Positions 48,780 through 59,300 of a stretch of 64,000 nucleotides of DNA are shown piece by piece. Below the pieces are notes generated by a model. That model made no database searches, had not been told where the DNA came from, and saw only the letters and a program-made list of their open reading frames with translations. Numbering within the stretch: the first letter of the stretch is position 1; every line of letters begins with the position of its first letter. A program made the translations under genes and the position numbers. The DNA is from Deltaproteobacteria bacterium CG_4_9_14_3_um_filter_63_12 (GTDB lineage: Bacteria; Myxococcota_A; Bradymonadia; UBA4248; UM-FILTER-63-12), in assembly GCA_002789955.1 (NCBI GenBank), contig PFUG01000212.1, positions 357 to 64,356 of the forward strand. The letters are read 5' to 3'.

Positions 48780-49841
48780 ATGCGAGCCATTTCTGTGTCG
48801 TTGATCGCATCGATCCTCATCGCGTTCACAGCGGTTTTCAGCGCGTGTGACACATCCTACGTGGATTCGACGGACCACATGAACGAAGGGATCAAGCTCT
48901 ATTCGGCTGGACAGATTTCCAAAGCGCTTGACGAGCTCAAGAAAGCGATCGAGATCTACCCCGAAAACCACAAAGCGCACTACCAGATGGGCATGATCTA
49001 CAACAGCCCACGTGTCAGCGATTTCGTGAAAGCGGCGGAGGCTTTCAAACGCGCGACCGAGATCAGCAAGGATAACGGCGAATATTGGTACTATCTCGGG
49101 GCGGCGAATCACAACGAAGGCAACAAGCTGGTCGCGGATAAACGAGGCAGCGACGCCGTGAAGTTCTTCGAGGCTGGCCGAGACGCGTTTATCCAAGCGG
49201 TCTCTGCCGATGAGTACTACGCGGAGGCCTATTATCGGTTGGCTCAGATCTACCGGGAGTTGGGGGACATTTCCAAGGCCATTGACGCCTATTCGAACTC
49301 GATCAATTCGGATCCGACGCTGACGAACGAGCAGGGCACCGCCATTGGTTACCTCGAGCTCGGGATGCTGTATCTGGAGTACTCGTTCTTGGACGAGGCG
49401 CTCCAGGTCCTGCGCAACGGTGTCGCCAACAACCCTGACGACGTTCAGCTGCAGGCGCAACTGGGCAACGTGTACCTCGCACAAGATCGATTCGAAGAGG
49501 CCAATCATCACTTCGAGAAGTCGTATGAGACCCAGCAGCGATTGGGGGGGCCGAACGAGCACATTCTCCCGGCCCTATACGGCCTTGGGCTCTCCTATGC
49601 GTCTCTTGGGGACGCAGCGATGCTCAAGTCGGACATCGGTGGTGCGATGAAGCAGTACGAAGAGTCGAGCAAATGGTTCGACACGTTCATCGCCAACGCT
49701 TCGGGCGACTCCCTTCAGGCCCAGCGGATCGCGGCAACCGGCAAGGTGACCGAGGTCAAAGAGATGATGAAGGAGCTCAAGGAAGGCAAGCTTCCGCAGT
49801 TCATCATCGATCGCCAGAAGATGGAATCGGCGCCCAAGTAG
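48780..49841 (+). CDS. TPR-repeat lipoprotein
   Basis: AGGAG RBS, lipobox FSAC, multiple TPRs (ALDELKKAIEIYPENHKAHYQMG, YAEAYYRLAQIY). Confidence 0.85.
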   Translation: MRAISVSLIASILIAFTAVFSACDTSYVDSTDHMNEGIKLYSAGQISKALDELKKAIEIYPENHKAHYQMGMIYNSPRVSDFVKAAEAFKRATEISKDNGEYWYYLGAANHNEGNKLVADKRGSDAVKFFEAGRDAFIQAVSADEYYAEAYYRLAQIYRELGDISKAIDAYSNSINSDPTLTNEQGTAIGYLELGMLYLEYSFLDEALQVLRNGVANNPDDVQLQAQLGNVYLAQDRFEEANHHFEKSYETQQRLGGPNEHILPALYGLGLSYASLGDAAMLKSDIGGAMKQYEESSKWFDTFIANASGDSLQAQRIAATGKVTEVKEMMKELKEGKLPQFIIDRQKMESAPK

Positions 49842-50318
49842 CTGCTTTGGTCTACATTTCGGCCGACTTGCAGTTTGCGGCAATGCACACCCAACGCGGT
49901 TGTGGCAGTGCTTTGCACCGTGATATAAGCGCAGTGTTCGAGCCGAAGTCCGCCTCAGTGGTGGCGTAGAACCGACGGGAGATGGGCTGATCGCCTGTGT
50001 TCCCCCGGTTTGTGTGTGATGCGCGGTGGTTCCCCCTCTTGTGCCCATCGCAGGTGCTTGGAAGGCACGAGCGGTGTTCTTTGTCCGGCCACGGACGCAG
50101 GTCGAGCTTTTGCGACCGTCGGCATGGGAGGCGTTCTGTTGGTCATCCGTTGTGAGCAAGTTTAGTCTAGTGGCTCGCCGCGGAGTGCAAAGAGTTTTTT
50201 CCTAGCCGTCGTCAGTGTTGTTCACCGTTTCGGTGAGTCGAAGCTGTGAACAACCGAGAACATCCCGATGGGCCAACCCGAGAGGTTGCCCGCAATCATA
50301 GTCTTCTAGAGGCATGGC

Positions 50319-53300
50319 ATGAGCGACCACCACGAGACGGATTCGACCCCCACCCCTGACGCCGAGAACCCCGAGGAGAGCGCCCTCGTTGGGGCCGTCT
50401 TGGACGCAGAGGACGCGGCCGAGGCGCTCGATGAGCACGCCGGAGATGAGTTGGAGGGATCTGGCGAGGCTGCGGCGTCCGAAGAGGCCTCACCGGCTGA
50501 TGGTGAGGCCCCGGATGCTGATGGCGACATCGACGTCGACGAGCAAGAGCCGAGCGAAGACGCGGCCGATGAAGCTGAGCCTTCTGACGAGGTTGTGGAG
50601 GTCTCGTGGGAAGACAAGGCGGAGGCCCTGATTGCAGGCGCTGCCGCTGCTTCCTCTCCCGAAGAGAGTTTGTCGAAGTACGTTGCGGCGATCTTGCTCG
50701 CCGATCAGAACGCTCCTGGGGACGGACGAATCGCAGAGACTTGGGGCGATGCGCTGCAAAGAATCCCTGGGTTGGCGCGCGAGTTGTGGGCGCGGCTCAG
50801 CGGCAGAGTGACGTCCGAAGTGGATGTTTGGGAGCAGATTTCCATCGCCCACCAGGTCAACTCGACGGACGCCGATGGAGACGAGGCGCTCGCCATTTCA
50901 GAGGCTTGGGGTTGGGTTCAGGTGCTTCGCTCTGGAGAGGTCGAGGCAGGGAAGGCTCGTTTGCAGGCTTTCGCCGAAGGCGACGCCAACGGCTATTCCG
51001 CAGCGATTCTCGAGGCCGTGATTTCGGCTGAGAGTGGCAACTGGAGGAAGGTCGAAAGTGAGATCAAGGATCGGCTGGCCGCGACCGGTCTCGACGGAGA
51101 GCCGCTGGCCGCCGAGGTTGCGTTACGACTTGCTGATGTGAGCATGGGGCAAGCGGCTAGGGACCGTGCGGTCGAGGTCCTTCGACGCGCACAGCGCAGC
51201 GATCCCGAGCACAGCAGCCTTCGCAACCGGCTGACGGTGCTCTATCGAGACACCGCAAAGTGGAACGCCTACGTCGATCTCCTGAAAGAGGCAGTGGCGC
51301 GCACCCCTGATCCCGAAGAGCAGGTCAGCATCTACTTCGAGATGATCCGCATCTACACGGATCAGATGCACCTCGAAGCGATGGCGGTGAAAGCCTATGA
51401 GTCACTGTTGCTGATCGAGCCGACGAACGAGAGGGCGATCGGTGCGCTCGCCGCGGCTTATGAGTCCTCGCGTCGTTGGCCGGACTTGGTCTCATTGCTG
51501 CGTGGGCAAGCGGACGCGGCCAAATCTGCTGCGCGCCGTGTGGCGCTGAACTACCGCATCGCCGTGGTGTACTTGGACAACCTCTCCCGTCAAGTCGACG
51601 CCATCAAAGCGTTCGAAATGGTCTTGGAGGACTCGCCCTACCACGAAGAGACGATCGCACACCTCAAAGACCTCTACGGTCGGCGAAGGGAGTGGGAGAA
51701 GCTCATTGATGTTCACAAGGCGGAGATCAGCCGCCTCGCCGATCCATTTGAGCAAGCCGAGCGGCTGAAGGAGGTCGCGGAGATTGCAGACAAGCTGCGG
51801 CAGCCATCTATCACCGCGTTGATTTGGAGCGAAGTGCTCGAGCGTTCTCCGAAGGACGAGGCAGCTCTTTCGGCCCTCGAAGGGCTTTACGAGAGAGAGA
51901 AAGATTGGCCGAAGCTGGCGGACATCTGCGAGCGAAAGGCCACCCTCGAGGAGGATCCGGCGGAACAGCTCAAACTCTGGACGAAGCTCGGCGGGCTGTA
52001 TGGAAGCAGCATCCGTGACTCGGAGGGAGCGATCCGGGCTTGGCGCGCTGTTTTGATGTTGGAGCCTGGTCACACCAAGGCCTCCGATTCTTTGCGCAAG
52101 CTCCTCATCGACACGAAGAAGTGGGACGATCTCGAGACGTTCTACGCTGAGCAGGATGCCGGGGCCGAGCTGGTCCGCGTCCTGGAAACCCTCGCCAACA
52201 CCTCGAAAGAGGACGCCGATGTCGTCGAGCTGCGCTTCAGAGCCGCTCGCGTCTGGCGGGATGATCTGGGGAACCCCGATCGCGCCGTGGCTTCGCTCGA
52301 GAAGGTCTTCGAGACCGACGCTGCGAATGCACGAGCCGCAGCCGAGTTGGCCCCCCATTACGAGTCGATCGCCGATCACGCCAAGTTGGTCGCGATGTTG
52401 GAGATCCAGCACGCGGCGGAAGATGGCCTGGAACGCCGCGTCGAGCTGGCTCTCAAGATCGCGACGCTGAACGAGAAGTCCCTCAACGATTTGGCGGCAA
52501 GCTACCGTTGGCTCGCGTCCGTCATCGAGCAGAAGCCTGACCACGACGCCGCCTACGACGCCTTCGAGCGCGTCGGCATCCAGCTCGACAAGGCCGCTGA
52601 CGTCGTCAAACGCTACCGCGATGCGAGCAGCAAGGTCGAGACCGAAGTCGAGCGGCAGGAGTTGACGTTCAGGATGGGCATCATTTTGGCCAACCAGCTC
52701 GGCAAAGTCGACGCAGCCCTCGCTATGTTCGAGTCCATTCTCGAGCAGGAACCCGACAACCTCAAAGCTCTCGGCGCGCTGGAGCGGATCCTCGAACAGA
52801 CAGGGCGCTTCGACGAGCTGATCCAGGTCAACGAGCGTCGGCTAGGATTGGCGACCACGCCTGCGGAAGAGGCCGAGATCCTGCTCTCAGGGGCGCGGAT
52901 TCACGAGCAGCAGAGAGGGGACAAGGTCACCGCGATCGAATCGTACGAACGCGTGCGGGAGTTGGCCCCGAAGAATCAAGCGGCCTTGATCGAGTTGCAT
53001 CGCCTGTACAAGGAGCGAGGCGACTGGGAGGCGATGGCCAACGCCATCCGTGCGCGCCTCGCGTTGATGGCCGAGGCGGCCCCTCGGCCAACAAAGAGGG
53101 TGGAGCACCGCAGCCCCGTCCAGTTGGACGAGGACGGTCATCTCGACGCACCAGCTGGAGCCGACCTCGACGAAGACGCCGACGGGAACGTCTTTGTTGT
53201 TCGCGTCGAGGAGGTCATCGACGAGACGGCAGAGCCACAGCTCGAGGCGAGCGTGGCCATTCCGCTGTGGATGGAGTTGGGCAGCGTGGTCCAACACGAG

Positions 53301-56300
53301 CTCGCCGAGTACGACGAGGCCATCGGCTGCTATCGCCGGATCATGGAAACGGACATTGAGAACGAGGCAGCGCAAGAAGCCTTGGAGACCCTTCTCGGCG
53401 AAGGGATCGAGGCTGGGCGAGTCGCTACGATTCTCGAGCCCGTCTACGCGTTCCAAGCGGACTTCGACGCGCTGGTCAAGGTGCTCTCGATCCAGTTGGA
53501 GCATAACACCGTCAAGGACCAGCAGATCGTCTTGTGGACCCGAGTCGCGGGCTTGCAGCGCGATGAACTCGGCGATCAAGAATCGGCCTTCGAAGCGTAT
53601 GGGAAGGCTCTCGAGCTCTTACCCGCCGACGACGAGGTCTTCGGCCAGCTTTCGAGCGTCGCTGCGGGCTTGGACGACATTCCGCGACTGGCAGCGAAGT
53701 TGGAGAGCATCACAGAGTCTATCGAGGACGAGCGGCTCCGCACGTCGTATGAGTTGCGGCTCGCTGGGATCTACGAGACCAGCCTCGACGACATCGAACG
53801 CTCGAGGGACTTTGCCCGCTCCGCTCTGCAGCGTGGTGGGAAGGACCCGGCGGTTCTGGAGTCCCTCGAAGCTCTACACACACGCACCGAGTCTTGGGAC
53901 GATTTGCTCGCGGTTTTGTCGAAGCAGAAGGGCCGAGTGGCAGAGGAGCCTGAACGGGTGCTCGCCCTCAACCTTCGGATTGCCTCGGTCAAAGAGGAGC
54001 TGCTTCAGGATCCGGAAGGCGCCATCGAGGTGTACCTCGAGGTCCTGAACGCCGATGGCGCCAACGAGCAGGCGCTGGCAGCCCTCGACCGGCTCTACGC
54101 CGACCTCGAGCGCTGGGACGAGGCCGCTTCGAACTTGGGCCGAAGACTCGAGCTCCAAGAAACCGAAGCGGGGCGCGACGCGGTGCATTGCCAACTCGCG
54201 AAGGTCCTGGATCGCCACCTCGGTGAGTCGGAGCGAGCGATTGAGATCTACACCGAGGTCTTGGGACGCGACTCACAGAACGCGACGGCGATCTTGGATC
54301 TCGAGGCGATGCTCGAGACGGCAGATCCCATCCCCGCCGAGTCGATCATGGAGCTGCTGCTGCCGCTCTACGACGCGGCTGGAGACTGGAGGAAGCGCGC
54401 CTGGGTCAATGAGAAGATGCTGCGGGTCGTCGACGATACACAGCGCCGGGTCGCGCTGTTGGCGGAGATCGCCAACCTGCACGAGAGCCAAGGGCAGGAG
54501 TACGAAGAGGCCTTTATCGCCTACTCTCGTGCGCACACGGAAGACCCGACCGACGAGAACACTCTCGAGCAGCTCCGCCGTTATGCGGAGGCGTTGGACG
54601 TCTGGCGCGAGTTGGTGGAGGTGATGCAGACCGCAGCAGAAACCATCGCCGATGGCACTCAGGCTAAAGAAGCGCAGATTCGCATCGCTTCGATCTACCG
54701 CGACAATCTCGCCGATCTTGAAGGCGCGACGACAGCTTACGAGCGTGCCAGCGAGTACGACCCAGAGGACACCAGCATTCTCGATTCGCTCGAGACGATC
54801 TACCGAGAGCGTTCCGCCTGGGAACCCCTCACCGCGGTTCTCGCCAAGAAGGCAGTGCGCTGCGAAGATCTCACGGAGAAGAAGGAGTACCTCTTCCAGG
54901 CTGCCATTCTCTGTGAAGAGATGCTCGAGCGGATGGACCGTGCCACCGAGATGTACCAAGAGGTCTTGAGCCTCGATTCCGAGGATCGGACCGCCATCGA
55001 CAGCCTCGAGCGACTCTATCTGAGCACCGAGCGCTGGAACGACTTGATGTCGATCTACAACATCAAGATCGAAGCGGCGCAGACGCCCGAGCAACAGCTC
55101 GAGCTCTACTACATCGTTGGGGCCTTGCAGGAGCGCGAGCTCGACGACAACTACGGTGCCATCGAGACCTACCGCAAGGTTTTGGACATCAACTCTGACG
55201 ACCCCCACGGTCTCGAGGCGCTTGACCGGCTGTATACGCTGGTCGAGGACTGGATGAATCTCCTCGAGATCCTGGAGCGAGAAGAGGCGACGGCCAGCGA
55301 TCCAGATGCCAAGCTCGAGCTGCGCTTCCGCCAAGGCGACGTGTGGAGACTCAATCTCAACGAGTCGCTGCGCGCGATCGAGGTGTACCGCAGTGTTCTC
55401 GAGGTGCACTCGGCGCATGAGGCGAGCATCGCCGCTCTCGAAGCGGTCATCGCCAGCGGAGAGAACGGGGTCGATGCCGCGAAGGTGCTCGAGCCAGTCT
55501 ACAAATCGGCGGCTGAGTGGGAGAAGTTGGTCGCGGTCTATGAGGTGATGTTCGAGCAGTCCGAGGACGAGCAAGGCCGAATCGAGCTGTTGAGCACGAT
55601 CGCCATGATTCGTGAGGACATGCAGGGCGATGCTGCGGCTGCATTCGACGTCTGGATTCGGGCGCTCCACCAAGATCCTCGAGACGCGACGGCTTGGGAG
55701 ACCTTGCAGCGCATCGCCGCTGTGATGGACCTCTGGGACACTCTCGTTTCGAAGGGAGGAGAGATCCTCGCCAAGACCGAGGAGAGCGATGCGGCAAGCA
55801 TCGTCGCCAGTCACTTGGCCCGTATCTACGAGGAGAATATTGGCTCGCCGACCGACGCCATCTCGATGTGGGGCCGTGTACTCGAGGTCGAGCCCGCGGA
55901 GCCCACGGCGATCGCCGCTCTCGATGGTCTCTACGAAAGGCAAGCCATGTGGCCCCAGCTGGCCGAGACACTGTCCCGAGAGATCGAGCTGGCCACCCGC
56001 GAGGAGGACATTCTCAGATTCCGTCTGCGCCTGGGGACCCTTTACGAGAACTTCTTGGAGGACCTGAGCGAAGCGATCAGTTGCTACAACGAGATGCTGA
56101 TGCTGCAGGCCGGAAACGCGGATGCCGTCGCCTCTTTGGAGCGCATGTTCGCAGCCGGTCAAGAACAGCTCGCCGTTGGTGGGATCTTGGAGCCGTTCTA
56201 CCGAGACACCGAGCAATGGGACAACTTGGTCGGGATCGCGTTGGCCCTATTGGAGCATTTTGAGACCGCCACGGAGCGCTATCAGAAGCTCCTGGACATC

Positions 56301-59300
56301 GCTGAGATCTACCTCGGACCGCTATCGAACGCAGCCAATGCCCTCTTCGTCTATGGTCGTGCTCTCGTCGAACGCCCAGGGGACGAATTCGCTCTCACTC
56401 GCTTGAGCGAATTGGCGGAAATCACACAGTCTTGGGAGGAGGCAGTGGACTTCCTCGCCGCCGCTTTGGACGCGTCCGAAGAGCCGACGGTCCAAAGGGA
56501 ACTGTTGTGGCGCATGGCGACAGCCTACAACGACGAGATCGGCAACTTCGAGCAAGCAGAGCACGCCTATTTGCGAGTCTTCGAGGTCGACCCCGAAGCG
56601 CTCGACGCCATGCAGGCCCTCGATAAGCTCTACCTCGAGCAGTCCCGGTGGGACGATCTGGTCAACGTCTTGCGTCACGAGATCGCCCTTTCTCAAGGCG
56701 ATCACGAGAAGATCGAGCTCTACCTGCGGTTGGGTCAGATCTATGAGGACATGATCCAGAACTCAGCCGCTGCGGTGCAATCTTTCCGCCTGGCCCTCGA
56801 GCTCGAGCCCTCACAATCGGAGGCGCTCGCTGCCCTCGAACGAATCCACATGCAAAGTGAGGAGTGGGAGCTCCTCTACGCCGTCTACAGTCAGCAATCG
56901 ACCATCGCCGACAGCGAAGAGGTGCGTTCGGAGATCTGGGCCAAGATGGCCAACCTCGCCGCCGAGGTCCTCGACCGCCGCAACGACGCCATCGAGCTCT
57001 GGTTCCAAGTGCTCGACGCCCGAGGGGCAGATCTCAACGCCCTCCAGAACCTCGAGCGGCTCTTCGAGTACGATAAGCGCTGGCCTGACATGACCGACGT
57101 CATCGAGCGCCAGGTGCCATTGGTTCAGACTGCCGAAGCGCAGCTGGAGCTCTTCCGCAAGCTCGGCAGAATTTGGAGCGGGCCTCTCGAGAACGAGGAG
57201 AGAGCCCTCGAGTATTGGCGTCGCGCCATGGACGTCCACCAAGAGGACCTCGAGACCCTCTGCGCCATCAAGCAGATCGATGAGAACCTCGGCGACTATG
57301 AAGACCTGGTGGACATCATTCGCCGCATCGTCGCGCTCGGCGTTTTGGAGCACGAGGTTCAGCTCGCCCATTACGTGCAGCTCGGCGAGATCTTGAGCCA
57401 GGTCCTCATTCGCTCGCAGGAGGCGATCGACACTTGGATTCAGGTCCTCCAGCTCAATCCCGCCCACCTCCAGGCGCTGGTCGCGTTGGAGCAACTCTAT
57501 GTCGACGAAGCTCGATGGGAGGAGGCTGTCGACGTCCTCGACCGCAAGGCGGACGTCGTCGAAGACTCGAACGAGGCGCTCAACATTCGCATGCAGATCG
57601 CCGAAATCTGGGAGAACCAGGTTGGCAATGCCGAGCTCGCAGCGGCGGCCTACGACAACGTCCTGGATATGGATCCAGCCAACAACGACGCGTTCCTCCG
57701 CCTCGAGACTTTGCACACCAACGGTGAGAACTGGCAACAGCTGCTTGGCCTCTACGTCACACGCGCCGAGGTGATCGAGGAGCCGAAGACCCGCCTCGAG
57801 GTGCTGCGGCGGGCCGCCAGCATCGCCGAAGAGCGCCTCGACCAACCCGAGATGGCCTTTGTCGTGCTGCAGACGGCGCTGGCCGATCACTGGCGCGATT
57901 CGACCATCGCCAATGAGCTCGAGCGGCTCGCTGACGTGACGCGAAACTGGCGAGAGCTGGTCGGGATCTACGAGCAGATCATCGAGACGGTGAAGGACCC
58001 TTCCGAAGCCCTCGAGCTCCACAACAACGTCGCCCGTTGGTACTTCCACAAGCTCAACGACAACGAGAAGTCCTGGCAACACTTCCAGTTCGTGCTCTCG
58101 CTCGACCCCAACAACCTCAACGCGCTTGCGGCTCTCTCGAAGATCTACGAGCGGCTGGGCAGCTGGCAAGAGCTGGTCAACGTCCTGGTTCGTCGCGCCG
58201 AGTTGACCCAAGAGGTCGAAGACAAGATCGAGCTCTACACGCAGATCGCCGTCGTCTGGGAGGACAACCTCTCAAACGAAGCGCAAGCCATCGAGGCGTT
58301 CCGACAGGTTCTCGCGCTCGATGAAGGCAACCTCAACGCCTTGCGTCAGCTCGAGCGCATCTTCCAAGGAACTCAACAGTGGGAGGAGCTCGTCGACGTG
58401 CTGGAGACACTCTGCCAGGTCGTCTACGAACCTGCGGACGTCGTCAAGATGCGCTATCGCGTCGGCGAGATCTGGGAGACCTGCCTCGAGGTCGACCAGA
58501 AGGCGATCGATTCTTACCGGCAAGTCCTCACCATCGAGGAGACCCATGCGCCCGCTCTCGATGCGCTGGAGCGACTCTTCACGCGACTCCAGCAGTGGGC
58601 GGACCTCATCGGTGTCTACGAGGCGCAGCTGACCTCTGCGGAGTCTGGCGACGAGCAGATCGCGCTCTACCTCAAGATGGCAACCGTCTATGAGGAAGAG
58701 TTCGGTGACGTCGAGAACTCGATCGCCTGCATGCAGCGCATCACGATGGTCGATCCGGCGAACTTAATGGCCATCCAGACCCTCGAGCGTCTCTATCGCG
58801 ACAACGGACGCTGGCCGGACCTGATCGACGCACTCACGACCCACATTAGCATCGTCTACGACCGAAAGGAGCAGATCGAGCTGTACCGACAGCTGGGTGA
58901 GGTCTTCCGAGACCATCTCCAAGATGTCTACCGGGCCATCGAGAGCTTCCGGAATATCCTCGAAATCGACCCCAATCATTCGCTCGCCTTGGGGGCGTTG
59001 GCCGACCTCTACTACAACAGCGCCGACTGGCAGACCTGCATCGAGACCCTCAACCGCCTCGTCGCGGTCACCTTCGAAGTCGCTGACGGCGTCGAGCTCC
59101 AATATCGGATCGGTAAGATCTTCGAGGAGCATCTGGCGGAGTACGACCAGGCAGAAGAGCGCTTCCAGATCGCCCTCGATCTCGACGGCTCGTTCATGCC
59201 CGCCATCGATGCCCTGCAGCAACTCTACGAACGCCGCGAGGACTTCATCGGCGTGATCCGGATCCTGAAGCAGAAGGTCGAGCACACGGTCGACCTCGAG

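Noticed and set aside
49903..49917. TGGCAGTGCTTTGCA as a sigma54 promoter for gltI
   Set aside because: The GG to GC spacing is 9 rather than the required 10.
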